The notes below the pieces were generated by a model. It had not been told where the DNA came from, ran no database searches, and saw nothing but the letters and a program-made list of their open reading frames with translations. Positions 21,501 through 31,001 of a stretch of 64,000 nucleotides of DNA are shown here, one piece after another. This DNA is from an uncultured Verrucomicrobiae bacterium. GTDB lineage: Bacteria > Verrucomicrobiota > Verrucomicrobiia > Opitutales > JABDGR01. The stretch's first letter is position 1. The number at the start of each line of letters is the position of its first letter. The position numbers and the translations under genes are program-made. The stretch covers positions 192,001 through 256,000 of the forward strand of contig CAVXVB010000007.1 of NCBI GenBank assembly GCA_963765205.1. The letters run 5' to 3'.

Positions 21501-24500
21501 TGCTCAATGCGGTCACGGGCGTGGATTACATCTTCGGCGAGAATCCGGTCACGGTCGGCAACATCACCGACAACTACTTCTATGTGGACATCACCACGCC
21601 GCCGGACAATTTCGACTGGACGGCCTCGGCCAGTGGCAATTGGAGCAATGCGGCCAACTGGAACTACGGAATTCCGGGCATTTCCGCGAACATTTCCGGC
21701 AACATCATCAACGGGGTGGGCGCGGTGGCGGAATTCGGGCCGTTCAACATTCTGGCGCAGGGCGCGAACGCGACCAACGTTACGCTGGATGTCAACCCGC
21801 ACATTAGCGGCCTGCTGTTCACCAGCGGTACGCCCTATGACATCGTGGGGACCACGGGCAATATCCTGACCTTCAGCAATGGCGGCACGAATGCGAGCAC
21901 GATCACGGACGCCAAGGGCAACAACACCGTCCAGGCGAACTCCGTGATGGACGCGGGCGGCATTCTGGTGGACGTGGCCCCGAATTTGACCCTCAGCCTC
22001 GCCGGCAATATCGGCCAGAGCAGCGGGACGGCGGCGGTGACCCAGCAAGACAGCGGCACGTTGGTGCTGTCCGGCCTCAACACCTTTGCGGGCGGCTTCA
22101 CCGTCAATAACGGCAACCTGGACCTGAATGCGGGCGGCAACAGCACGGCGTCGCCGCTGGGCACGGGCCTCTTCACGATTAACGGCAGCATCAACCTGGA
22201 CAACACCAGCGGGAGCCCGGTGACCATCGCCACCAACAATCCGGTCAAGATCAATGATTCCTTCAGCTTCACGGGCAGCAGCGACCTGAACCTGGGCACG
22301 GGCGCGGTGACCTTGAATACGACCACCCCGGTGATCACGCTGGTGGGTGCGAGCAATCTCACCTTCGGCGGTCCGATTGGCAGCAGCAGCGCGGCCAACT
22401 TGACCGTGACCGGCACGACGACGACGAGCGGCAACCTGGTGCTGAACGGCGCGAGCACCTTTGCCGGCAACCTAATCTTGACCAGTGGAAACCTGAACTT
22501 GGGTGGCAGCCTGGCCGCCAACTTGGTGGTAAGTGGTAACACGGATGTTATTACCCTCCCCGCCGGCACGCAGACCACCGGAGCGGCGACATTCACCGCG
22601 AACACGGCCACCATCGCGGGCAGCGGCAATTTCTCGCCGGCCAGCGTCACCATCAGCCCGTCGAACGCCACCAATGGCACCAGCAACACCACCATTTCCG
22701 CCAATATTGTCGGCAGCGGCTATGTGAACATGAACAGCGCGAACTCGACCCTCACGCTGAACGGCACCAACACGTTTAACGGCACGGGCTTGGCGGCGTC
22801 GAACACGACGAATGTCGCCGGTGACGCGCTGAGTTTCACGGCCGCCTCGCCCGGTTCGGCGGGCAATGTCATCACCATCCAATATACCGTGGGGAACAGC
22901 TCCGTCACGAACACGACGGTGACCAGCGTGAGCGGGAACACGATTATCGTGACGATGAAGAACGGGGGCGACACGGGGGCGGACGTGGCGGCGGCGATCC
23001 AGGGCAACTCGGCGGCTTCCGCCCTGGTCAACGTGGTCAATGTGGGCAGCGGCGTCCTGGCCCTCAGCAATGGTTCCCTCACCGGCGCCGGCAACTCGAC
23101 GCTGAGCGGCGGCGCCCTGGGAGTGGCGGCAACGAACACGACGCTATTTGATTCCAACGCGGGCAGTGTGGTTTATACCGGCACCTCGAACGGCACGGCG
23201 GACAATGGCGTCTCCATCGTTTATGTGACCGGTACGGGCGCGAACACGACGGTGAGCAGCGTGGTGGGCAATGTCATCACGGTGACGCTGGCGAATGGCG
23301 GCGACACGGTGGCGAATGTGACGGCGGCGATTGCGGCCAACGCCACGGCGGCCTCGTTGGTGAACTTGGGCACGAGCGGCAACAGCGGCGTGATTGCGGT
23401 GAACGGCACCTCGACCCTGGCGGGCGGCGGCACAAATGTGAATTTGGTCTCCGGCACCCTCAACGTGGGCAGCGCGGGCGCGTTGGGCAGCGGCCCGATC
23501 ACCATTATCGGCGGACACTTGGTCAACACCAGCGGCAGCGCGATAACGTCCCTGACCTCGAACAACGCCATCAACCTGAACGGCACCCTGACCTTCGGCG
23601 GTTCCACGAATCTCGATACCGGCACGGGCGCGGTGACGCTGCTCAATAACTCCGTGATCAACCAGGCGGGCACCTCGGTCAGCGTGCTGGAGTTGGACGG
23701 CAATATTTTGGGCAACGGCTTCACGTTGACGACGAATGGCACCGGGCGCTTGAATTTGGGCGGCACGTCCTACGTCTTCAACAACACCACCTTGAACGGG
23801 CCGGTATTGACTTTGGGCGGAGTGGTCAGCTTCACCAACAACGCGATTATTTCGGCCAACAACAGCGGCACGGGCGCCGCGGTTCGAGTCAATGGCACCG
23901 TGAGCATGGGCGGATCGAGCGCGCTCTCGACCAACGCCGAGGTGGACGTGGGCAATGGCACGGTCGGCGTGTTGACCTTCAATAGCACCGGTAACATCAA
24001 TGCCAATGACCTCTACGTTGGGGTAGGGAACACGGCCAATAGCAGCGTGAGCGCCACTGGCACGGTGAACCAGACCTCAGGTACAATAGACTTGAGCGGA
24101 ACCAACGGAACTTATGCCTTGATTCTGGGCAATGGCACCGGCGGCACCGGTTCCACCAGCAGCAGCTATGTGCTGGGCAACGGCACGGCCGGCAGCGCCA
24201 CGTTGATTGCGACCAACATTGGGCAGGGTGGCTCAGGCACCGGCACTTCGACACTCACGCTTAATGGCGGCGTCATCGTTCCGACGGGCAATTCGACGAA
24301 CTTTATCGCGGGCCTGACCAAGGCGCAGATCGGGCTGGGCGGCTTTACCCTGAATACGGCCGGCGACACAGTTACGCTCATGCAAAACCTGACTTCCGAC
24401 ACGGGGAATACGGGCGGGGCGACGGATGGCGGCTTCACCATCAACGGCGGCGGCGTTTTGGACCTGGGCTTTAATGCGACCACCGGGGTGGCGGTCACTG

Positions 24501-27500
24501 AATCTTATACGGGCAACACCAACATCAGCAACGCGACCGTGTTCCTGGGCAATGTGACGGACACCAGCGTGAGCATCACGGGCGGCAATGTGGTGGTGGG
24601 GGCCAATGGCACCTTGGACACGGCGAGCAAGAGCCTGACCGTCCCCGTCTTCGTCAACAATGGCGGCGTGCTGAAAGTGGAGGCGAACTCGATCACGACC
24701 GACGCGAGCATCACGATCGCCAATGGCGGCAAGCTGATCAGCAACGGCGGCGGCGCGACCCTCAATTCGGCGGTGACGATAAGTTCGGGCGCGACGTTCC
24801 AGCCCGGTGTTCCCACCGGCAACGGCATCACCACCATCAATGGTTCCTTGAGCCTGGCCGCCGGCGCGCTGGTGCCGATTTACTTCGACACATCCGCCCC
24901 CGCCAACCCCGACAAAATCGTCCTGACGGGAACCGGGTTCACCAATTTCAGCGGCAACCTGGTGGATTTCGACCTGTATCAGAGCAATGGCGACCAATTC
25001 TTGAGCACAAACGGCACCGCCAACTACACCTTGATCACCTCCGTGGGCGGGGTGGGCAATGTGTCGAACTTCGTTTGGGCGAACGCACCCACGTTCGGCA
25101 ACTTCTCGGACAGCTTCAGCATCGTCAACGGCGACAATGTGCAGATTTCGATCACCAGCAGCCTGGCGCCGAACCAGTGGATTCTCGCGACGGGCGGCTC
25201 CTGGGGCAATGCGACGGCTTGGAGCTTTGTGACACCGAGCTCGAACGAGACGGTGCTGCCGCCGAATGGCGCGGGCGCCAACTTCACCGTGACGCTGGCC
25301 GATGGCTTTATCTCCAGCCCGAGCACCATCACACTGGACGGCAACCGGACGGTGGGCGGGATCAATTTCCTGAGCACGGTGCCCTTCACCATCGCCGCGG
25401 GGAACGCGACCACGAACACGCTGACGTTCGACGACGGCAGCGGGATCGCCGCGACGTTGCTGGTGCCGCAAGGCAATGACACCATTAGCGCGCTGGTGGC
25501 GCTGACCAGCAACAGCGTGCTGTCCGCCAATATCAACACCGGCTCGACCCTGACCCTGAGCGGCGGGGTGCTCAAGGCGGCCTCGGGCACGGACAAGGGC
25601 ATTACCGTGATTGGCACGGGCACCTTGATTCTCTCGGGCAACGACACCTATGTGGGCAACACGACCATCAACGCGGGCACGCTGGTGCTCTCGGGTAATG
25701 ACACCGCGACCACCGGTGACGCCATCCTGAATGCAGGCAACCTCGACATCAACAATGCGACGGCGCTGGGCACCGGCCCGGTCATCATCAACGGCGGCGC
25801 GATTGACAACACGAGCGGCGCGAACCTGACGCTCACGGGAACCAACACCTTCACGATTAACAACAGCTTCGAGTTTATCGGGTCGGGGAATCTCGTGTTG
25901 GGCACCGGCAATGACACAATCACGCAGTCGGTCAGCCTGGACGTAAATGCCGACAGCCTGACTTTGACCGGCAATCTGCTCGACAGCACGTCCGGCTCTT
26001 CGCTCTTTAACAAGACGGGCAACGGCACCCTGATCTTGAAGGCGGCCTCCTCCAATATTTCGACGATTGAGATTAGCGCGGGCACGGTGATCCTCTCCGG
26101 CGGCGCCAACCGCCTGACGACTTCGACCTCTTCCAGTTTGGAATTGGGCAACGGCGCAACGGGCAGCGGGCTTTTGATCCTGGGTGACAACAATGGGGTT
26201 GCGAACCAGACGCTGACCAGCCTGGTGGTCGAGGGCAACGGCACCGCCAATGCGATTGAGGGCGGCGCCGCCACCGCGTCCCTCCTGACGATCAACCTTG
26301 CGAGCAATACGACGACGGACACCTACTCGGGCCTGCTGGGGTTGGGTAACGGCAACTTCACCGTCACCGCGGCGAACGAGCTGGCGCTGACCAAGATTGG
26401 CAACGGCACGCTGGTGTTGACCGGCAACAACAGCTACCTGGGCAACACGACGGTCAGCAAGGGCATCCTGGTGATCAGCTCGGACAGCAACTTGGGTGCG
26501 CCAACGTCGGTCCTGGTGATGGGCAACAATACCGCCCCGACGAGCAACACGCCCACGCTGGAACTCGCGTCCAACAACTCGATGACGAGCAACCGCCAGT
26601 TTGCGTTCAACAGCACCGTTGCCAACCTCACGGTGGAGGCCAACTCGACGCTGACCTTGGGCGCCAACGCAAGCATCACCTCCAACAACACCGGGGACGG
26701 CGTGAATTTCAACGGCAACGGCACCATCATCCTGGACCGTGCCACGCCCTACACTTACAATGCCACGGCGACCAACATCCTGGGCGGCACGGTGCAACAG
26801 GACACCGCGAACATCCTGCCCGCGAACACGGCGGTGACGGTTGCCGCGGGCGCCACCTATGCCATGAACGGCTTGAACGCCAGCTTCGGCTCACTGGCGG
26901 GCGCGGGCACTGTGGCGATGAGTTCCCTGACCGGGAATGGCAACTTGACCGTGGGCAACAACAACACCTCCACGACCTTCACGGGCATTATTAGCGGCAA
27001 TGTCAGCGGCCCGAACGGCACCCTGCCCACCACGGATGCGAACTTCGTGAAAGTTGGCACGGGCAACCTGACCCTGGGCGGCAACGACACCTTCACCGGC
27101 CAGACCAACATCACGGCGGGCACCCTGACAGTGAACAGCAGCCTCGCTCTGCAGTTCAGTGATGTAAACTACAACACGGGCGGCGGCAACCTGGTCTTTG
27201 GCTCGGGCGTCACGGCGGTGACGATGGCTGAACTCCAAGGGAATGAAAGCATCGCGCTGACCAATGCGAATGGAACCGCCCAAGGCGTCGTGCTGACGGA
27301 AGGCGGGGACAATGGGACCAACGATTACACCGGTGATCTGACGGGCCTTGGTTCCTTGGTGAAGGCGGGCAATGGCTCGCTGACTTTGTCGGGCAACGCC
27401 GCCTACAATGGATCCACCACGGTGAGCAACGGCTCCTTGACTTTGGATGGCACGGACAACACCTACGCGGGCGGCACGACGATCGCCAGCAACGCGACCT

Positions 27501-28405
27501 TTACGTTGGATGGCGAGTTCTCCACCGCCCCCAGCCTGGCCGGCAACGTGTCCAACAACGGCACGTTCAACTACGACGAGGCGGGCACCACGACCACCTA
27601 TGCGGGCGTCATCAGCGGCACCGGCATCACGAATGTGGTTGGCGAAGAAGGCGTCACGGTCGCCGAGACAACGACCGGCAAAGCGACCAATATCACCAAC
27701 GTGTCGGTGACGGGTGACATTCTCGTGTTGACAGGAAATAACACCAACACGGGCAGCTTGGTTGTAAGCAGCAGCGGACTGATCGTGAACGGGACGGTGC
27801 AGTCGGCCATCACCGTTGGCTTCGGCTCCTATCTGGGCGGCAATGGCAACATTGATGCGAATGTGAATGACGAGGGCGGCGCGCTGGCACCCGGCTTAAC
27901 GTCAAATCTGAGTTACAGCAACTCGGGCAAATATGCCATCGTCACCGCGGCGACCCTCGATACGCTGGTTATTACAGGCAACCTGATCTGGAGCCCCTCG
28001 CCGGGCGTGGCCAATGTTTTCCACCTCAGCAACTCGGGCAACACCTCCGACCGGATAAATGTCCTGGGCACCGTGACCACCGAAAACGATGACACGATCG
28101 AATTCGACTTCATGGATACGGGCACCCTGGGTGATACTTACACGTTGTTGACCTCCAGCGGCAACATGGAGAACTTGGGCTTGTCGCTGAGCCAGCTCCA
28201 GGCCGTAAATGTCTGGGAAGGCGGCCGGGGCGACGAGGGTAGCTACTTCATCTTTGCCAACGGCGGCACGGCGCTCGACTTTGTCGTGGTGCCCGAGCCT
28301 TCGACGTGGGGCCTGCTGGCGGGTGGCGCGATGCTGTTGGTCGGCTGGCGCCGCAAGCGCGCCCTGGCCAAGGCCGCCCCGGCCGAGCGCAACACGCAGG
28401 CGTAA
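18524..28405 (+). CDS. Giant beta-strand-repeat protein, C-terminal fragment with PEP-CTERM
   Basis: 3293-aa ORF ending VVPEPSTWGLLAGGAMLLVGWRRKR...: PEP motif, hydrophobic helix and basic tail (28289-28405). Confidence 0.9.
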   Translation: MTLAGNIGDGSVGNVTMTGGGVLALGGLNASSSNGYVGNTILSQGLIQFSALTNLGLGNIIMNGGGLQWAPGTATDASQFNIFLTGNGIFDTNGNNVTLANPVGRGGSGSLTKVGNGVLTLAAGSNSGNITGSVILDAGTTTLGFAGNTTNNGTLTTTAVIPGTTENGVTLNYIAGSGNTTTVSSVVGTGNSSVVTVTLAAGGDSTTDIENAILANSTASQLVSVGGTGNVTGGTVTLGNGTGILSGIGITNDLQLGTVPTTFNPISVILNGGALVVNGNVTIAGTRGIALGNGSAGVSGGAFYIPVGDVLTVNPIISNYGNSSGQLVIEGGGSFVVGTNAANAYTGGTLLINSIINLTNLASSDVGTSAALSTGTIEVKGTSTINAGNGIHGLNSQNLQIDPGATVTLISGGKQFSGINVTGSGNYVFDGSNVVEYTGTAGSFTGNVFLNGVFEWEPQTGQGGSFTNATVYLDAGVQFAPRDNGNGTVWNMGALNAAPGANLTSVLVASTNSGNVTYNIGLPNTTSTFSGNIENSFGANISSNTGNVTSINIVAGRFIFDGTDSAFLGTTTINPGAVLQIGDNSVAALGMGNHTAGNMHDNGLLVLAMNTTGNITETAILSMNGGASNGAGVTATSAGLASDIEGNGSVQDLIAGNLVMNQNNDSYTGSTEIDGGTMSVAFLANGGQNSGIGAGSANASSLVLNGGTLAYTGSSTTSPAGVTTDRLFTIGNATSDLGGDIVADGTGANGALNFSSTGNIVATATTTSPTLSFDGNFDGINNFAPTITDVNTTVPTNVSIVGSTSWNFNGTNTYTGATNILNGNLAVTGPFMTSSVVNVNGGNLVSNSTIQGTVNLMNGNLMPGFNVVTDSTGGQAPIGGPLNTGGVLTPNNLNVNAMNVTGGIIDITFNGAGGNTQIRTVDMFNSINVGAANGLTLGNGTTFNFYTFNPNATVSVNLGTPWSTTGFYNLFEYTGTAGGVYGLNPNLLNSSNVLNAVTGVDYIFGENPVTVGNITDNYFYVDITTPPDNFDWTASASGNWSNAANWNYGIPGISANISGNIINGVGAVAEFGPFNILAQGANATNVTLDVNPHISGLLFTSGTPYDIVGTTGNILTFSNGGTNASTITDAKGNNTVQANSVMDAGGILVDVAPNLTLSLAGNIGQSSGTAAVTQQDSGTLVLSGLNTFAGGFTVNNGNLDLNAGGNSTASPLGTGLFTINGSINLDNTSGSPVTIATNNPVKINDSFSFTGSSDLNLGTGAVTLNTTTPVITLVGASNLTFGGPIGSSSAANLTVTGTTTTSGNLVLNGASTFAGNLILTSGNLNLGGSLAANLVVSGNTDVITLPAGTQTTGAATFTANTATIAGSGNFSPASVTISPSNATNGTSNTTISANIVGSGYVNMNSANSTLTLNGTNTFNGTGLAASNTTNVAGDALSFTAASPGSAGNVITIQYTVGNSSVTNTTVTSVSGNTIIVTMKNGGDTGADVAAAIQGNSAASALVNVVNVGSGVLALSNGSLTGAGNSTLSGGALGVAATNTTLFDSNAGSVVYTGTSNGTADNGVSIVYVTGTGANTTVSSVVGNVITVTLANGGDTVANVTAAIAANATAASLVNLGTSGNSGVIAVNGTSTLAGGGTNVNLVSGTLNVGSAGALGSGPITIIGGHLVNTSGSAITSLTSNNAINLNGTLTFGGSTNLDTGTGAVTLLNNSVINQAGTSVSVLELDGNILGNGFTLTTNGTGRLNLGGTSYVFNNTTLNGPVLTLGGVVSFTNNAIISANNSGTGAAVRVNGTVSMGGSSALSTNAEVDVGNGTVGVLTFNSTGNINANDLYVGVGNTANSSVSATGTVNQTSGTIDLSGTNGTYALILGNGTGGTGSTSSSYVLGNGTAGSATLIATNIGQGGSGTGTSTLTLNGGVIVPTGNSTNFIAGLTKAQIGLGGFTLNTAGDTVTLMQNLTSDTGNTGGATDGGFTINGGGVLDLGFNATTGVAVTESYTGNTNISNATVFLGNVTDTSVSITGGNVVVGANGTLDTASKSLTVPVFVNNGGVLKVEANSITTDASITIANGGKLISNGGGATLNSAVTISSGATFQPGVPTGNGITTINGSLSLAAGALVPIYFDTSAPANPDKIVLTGTGFTNFSGNLVDFDLYQSNGDQFLSTNGTANYTLITSVGGVGNVSNFVWANAPTFGNFSDSFSIVNGDNVQISITSSLAPNQWILATGGSWGNATAWSFVTPSSNETVLPPNGAGANFTVTLADGFISSPSTITLDGNRTVGGINFLSTVPFTIAAGNATTNTLTFDDGSGIAATLLVPQGNDTISALVALTSNSVLSANINTGSTLTLSGGVLKAASGTDKGITVIGTGTLILSGNDTYVGNTTINAGTLVLSGNDTATTGDAILNAGNLDINNATALGTGPVIINGGAIDNTSGANLTLTGTNTFTINNSFEFIGSGNLVLGTGNDTITQSVSLDVNADSLTLTGNLLDSTSGSSLFNKTGNGTLILKAASSNISTIEISAGTVILSGGANRLTTSTSSSLELGNGATGSGLLILGDNNGVANQTLTSLVVEGNGTANAIEGGAATASLLTINLASNTTTDTYSGLLGLGNGNFTVTAANELALTKIGNGTLVLTGNNSYLGNTTVSKGILVISSDSNLGAPTSVLVMGNNTAPTSNTPTLELASNNSMTSNRQFAFNSTVANLTVEANSTLTLGANASITSNNTGDGVNFNGNGTIILDRATPYTYNATATNILGGTVQQDTANILPANTAVTVAAGATYAMNGLNASFGSLAGAGTVAMSSLTGNGNLTVGNNNTSTTFTGIISGNVSGPNGTLPTTDANFVKVGTGNLTLGGNDTFTGQTNITAGTLTVNSSLALQFSDVNYNTGGGNLVFGSGVTAVTMAELQGNESIALTNANGTAQGVVLTEGGDNGTNDYTGDLTGLGSLVKAGNGSLTLSGNAAYNGSTTVSNGSLTLDGTDNTYAGGTTIASNATFTLDGEFSTAPSLAGNVSNNGTFNYDEAGTTTTYAGVISGTGITNVVGEEGVTVAETTTGKATNITNVSVTGDILVLTGNNTNTGSLVVSSSGLIVNGTVQSAITVGFGSYLGGNGNIDANVNDEGGALAPGLTSNLSYSNSGKYAIVTAATLDTLVITGNLIWSPSPGVANVFHLSNSGNTSDRINVLGTVTTENDDTIEFDFMDTGTLGDTYTLLTSSGNMENLGLSLSQLQAVNVWEGGRGDEGSYFIFANGGTALDFVVVPEPSTWGLLAGGAMLLVGWRRKRALAKAAPAERNTQA

Positions 28406-28433
28406 GCTTGCGGGGTATCAACCGATCTTCTTC

Positions 28434-28474
28434 ATCGTCCGCCCAAGCGTCCGTTTGGGCGGACGATTTTTTTT
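28434..28474 (+). terminator. Rho-independent terminator of the giant gene
   Basis: Stem ATCGTCCGCCCAAGCG / CGTTTGGGCGGACGAT followed by a T tract. Confidence 0.85.
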
Positions 28475-28488
28475 GGCCTCCAGAAAAG

Positions 28489-28561
28489 TGGGCCTGGCCG
28501 GATTTGAACCGGCAACCAAAGGATTATGAGTCCTCTGCTCTAACCGTTGAGCTACAGGCCC
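28489..28561 (-). tRNA. tRNA with CAT anticodon, most likely tRNA-Ile2 (lysidine type); CCA not encoded
   Basis: Reverse complement GGGCCTGTAGCTCAACGGTTAGAGCAGAGGACTCATAATCCTTTGGTTGCCGGTTCAAATCCGGCCAGGCCCA folds as a cloverleaf. Loop CTCATAA and overall sequence resemble ileX-type tRNAs. Confidence 0.9.
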
Positions 28562-28952
28562 GCAAATCAGCGCAAATCCAGCCACGCCATCAGGCAAATC
28601 TGGCCGGCGAGGAAGGCGCCCAGCACCCAAAAGGCTGCTTCCTGAAAGCGGTCGCGCCCCAGCAAGCGCTCCTTGGGCGCGGGTGGCGCGTTGGGCGGCA
28701 TGGTCTCGCTTGACATGGCCAATGCCTAGCGACCTCAGGGGGTCAAAGCAAGCCCGCTTGATTCCCTGCATCGCTAATACCCCAGCGCCGATTAGGAAGC
28801 CTAATTGTAACCTAAAGTCCCCCATAATTTAATCTTAAGGAGTCAAAATCCGATTGACGGGGCGGGGGCGTTGCCGCCATCGTCTCCTCTCCCCATTTCC
28901 ATCCCAGGCTCCCTGGGTTGGAAGACGGCGGTTTTGGCTGCTTTCTGCCACC

Positions 28953-29879
28953 ATGATTTTGCGTTCCCTCCGTTGGAAGAAATACGCCCTGCTGGCGCCC
29001 GTGCTGGCGCTGGCGGGGGCCACGCCTGCCTTTGGCGCCGAGGGCGTGGCCCCGCAGGCCTCCGTGATTTACAGCGTCGGCGGCTTTCCGATTACGAATT
29101 CGATGGTGACGACTTGGTTTTTCTCGCTGGTCCTCATCCTTCTGGTGCGCTGGGCGGTGGGTCGCCCGCAACTGGTGCCCTCGCGCGGCCAGACGGTCAT
29201 CGAAACCGTCGTCATCAGCCTGCGCGACATCTTTGAACCGATTGTCGGCCAGCGCATGATTGGCAAGGTTTTTCCCCTGTTGATCAGCTTCTTCATCTTC
29301 ATCCTGATGATGAATTGGGGCGGCTTGCTGCCTGGCGCCGGTTCGATTGGGCTGATTCATCATGATGGTACCTTCACCACGATTTTCCGCCCCGCGGACT
29401 CCGACCTGAACACGACGCTCGGCCTGACCATCGTCTCATTCACCGCCTGGCTTTATTTCGTCCTGCGTTACGCCGGCATCGGCGCGCTGGCGAAAGACAT
29501 TTTTGGCAACAAGGCCAACAAGAAGGAAGTGCATATCCTGCTCTACTTTGCGCTTTCACCGGTGTTCTTCCTGGTGGGCTTCGTGGAAATTATTTCCATT
29601 CTCTCCCGCCTGCTGTCCCTGTCCTTCCGTCTCTACGGCAACGTCTTCGGCGGGGACAGCCTGCTCGACGCGATGTATAACATCTGCCCTTGGGTTTTGC
29701 CGGCGATTTTCTATTTCATGGAGCTGCTGGTCGGCATCGTTCAAGCCTTTGTGTTCGTGGTGTTGACGGCCGTATATATCGGCCTCATCTGCAACCATGA
29801 AGGGGGAGACCATGACCATGCCGAGGAAGACCATGGCGACGCCGCCCACGGCGACGCCAAACCCGCAAACGCTCATTAA
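28953..29879 (+). CDS. atpB: F0F1 ATP synthase subunit a
   Basis: PITNSMV, SLSFRLYGNVFGG (essential Arg) and ELLVGIVQAFVF motifs; start chosen at ATG 28953. Confidence 0.95.
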   Translation: MILRSLRWKKYALLAPVLALAGATPAFGAEGVAPQASVIYSVGGFPITNSMVTTWFFSLVLILLVRWAVGRPQLVPSRGQTVIETVVISLRDIFEPIVGQRMIGKVFPLLISFFIFILMMNWGGLLPGAGSIGLIHHDGTFTTIFRPADSDLNTTLGLTIVSFTAWLYFVLRYAGIGALAKDIFGNKANKKEVHILLYFALSPVFFLVGFVEIISILSRLLSLSFRLYGNVFGGDSLLDAMYNICPWVLPAIFYFMELLVGIVQAFVFVVLTAVYIGLICNHEGGDHDHAEEDHGDAAHGDAKPANAH

Positions 29880-29982
29880 ATCCTCCCAAACTCTTTTTCC
29901 CTGCTCCTCGCTATATAATCTTTCGCCCTCCGGGACCATGCTACGCGTGGACGGAGAGCACGCAACAAACACCAACACTACC

Positions 29983-30252
29983 ATGATCAACGAAATCGCC
30001 CACCTCGCCAGCCACATCACTCCGATGCTGGTTGCTCAAACGGCTCCCGAAGCCGTCAGTCCCTTCCTCGCCTTCAAAGGCGGCCTCGCCTGCCTGGGTG
30101 CGGCCATCGGCGTCGGTCTGGTCGGCTCCAAGGCGGCGGAAGCCGTCGGTCGCAATCCGAACGCCTTCGGTAAAATCATCGTCATCGGCATTCTCGGCAT
30201 GGCCTTCGCCGAAGCCGTGGCCTTCTACGGCCTCCTCGTCCCGCAGAAGTAA
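29983..30252 (+). CDS. atpE: F0F1 ATP synthase subunit c
   Basis: GxGxxG helix, GRNP loop and MAFAEAVAFY with the ion-binding Glu. Confidence 0.95.
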   Translation: MINEIAHLASHITPMLVAQTAPEAVSPFLAFKGGLACLGAAIGVGLVGSKAAEAVGRNPNAFGKIIVIGILGMAFAEAVAFYGLLVPQK

Positions 30253-30266
30253 CCCTCCCGGCGCAT

Positions 30267-30299
30267 CGCCGCCGTCCCGGCCAGTGCCGGGCGGCGGCG
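30267..30299 (+). promoter_or_regulatory. GC-rich stem-loop directly after atpE (possible mRNA stabiliser or attenuator)
   Basis: CGCCGCCG-T-CCCGGC-cagt-GCCGGG-CGGCGGCG; no strong T tract. Confidence 0.5.
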
Positions 30300-30337
30300 G
30301 ATTCGCCATTCCTTTTCCCACCCAAAAGATTTTTGCC

Positions 30338-30889
30338 ATGCACGACGCCTTCCACTTTCTCGCCGCCGACGGCCCCCTGGACCTGGTGACCAAAATCTTC
30401 GGTCCCTTTGGCGTGAAGCCCGTGCTACTCATCGCCCAAATTATCAACTTCGCGATCGTCTCCGTCATTGTTTACCGCTTTGCCATCAAGCCCATCCTCG
30501 TCACGGTGGATGAACGGAACAAGAAAATCGCCGATGGGTTGAAATTCACCGAGGAAGTTAAGAAAAAACTCGCTGACACGGAGACGCAGCAGGCCGAAGT
30601 CCTCAAGCAAGCCTCCCTCGAAGGCAAAAAAGTCATCGCCGAGGCGCGCGACACGGGCAAGGCCCTCGTCGAAAAGGCGGCGCAGGACGCCACCCGCTCG
30701 GCCGAGGACATTATCAAAAAGGGCCACGAAGCCGTCACCCTCGAACGCTCGCAAATGCTCAACGACCTGCGCCGCGAAGTCGCCCAGCTCGTTGTCACCA
30801 CCGCCAACCGTGTCCTCGCCCGCGACCTCACCGCCGACGAACGCGCCCGCTTTAACACCAGTGCGGCGCAAGATTTATCGAAGAACTAA
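30338..30889 (+). CDS. atpF: F0F1 ATP synthase subunit b
   Basis: AQIINFAIV...KPILVTVDERNKKIADGL: TM segment followed by coiled coil. Confidence 0.95.
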   Translation: MHDAFHFLAADGPLDLVTKIFGPFGVKPVLLIAQIINFAIVSVIVYRFAIKPILVTVDERNKKIADGLKFTEEVKKKLADTETQQAEVLKQASLEGKKVIAEARDTGKALVEKAAQDATRSAEDIIKKGHEAVTLERSQMLNDLRREVAQLVVTTANRVLARDLTADERARFNTSAAQDLSKN

Positions 30890-30995
30890 TAATGGAAGAT
30901 GGAAAATTAAAAATGGAAAAATCCAGCCACCGTCTTTCGAGCTATTGAACTCGTCTTAACTTCATTCATTTTTTCCATTTTCCATCTTCCATTAT
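30889..30995. repeat. Inverted heptamer-repeat cassette (ATGGAAR units), atpF/atpH junction
   Basis: Perfect 19-bp inverted repeat ATAATGGAAGATGGAAAAT at 30889-30907 / 30977-30995. Confidence 0.85.
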
Positions 30996-31001
30996 CCCCC
31001 G

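Larger units (their letters stand above)
2..28405 (+). other. Reconstructed single giant gene (5'-partial, >9,400 aa): autotransporter-associated beta-strand-repeat surface protein with C-terminal PEP-CTERM sorting signal; frameshifts at ~104, 6323-6330, ~14054 and ~18509
   Basis: The same G/N/T/S-rich repeat sequence (LTKxGxGTLTLxGxNTYxGxTTxxxGTL) continues across each junction after a small frame correction. None of the internal ORFs has a signal peptide, and only the last ends in PEP-CTERM. Confidence 0.85.

Noticed and set aside
14043..26797. Long minus-strand ORFs (1533 aa, 854 aa and others)
   Set aside because: Antisense shadows of a GC3-biased repeat gene; R/H/V-rich with no recognisable motifs.
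28489..28561. tRNA-Ile2 as the integration site of an island holding the giant gene
   Set aside because: No duplicated tRNA end or integrase nearby within the window, and most of the giant gene has GC3-rich, host-like codon usage.
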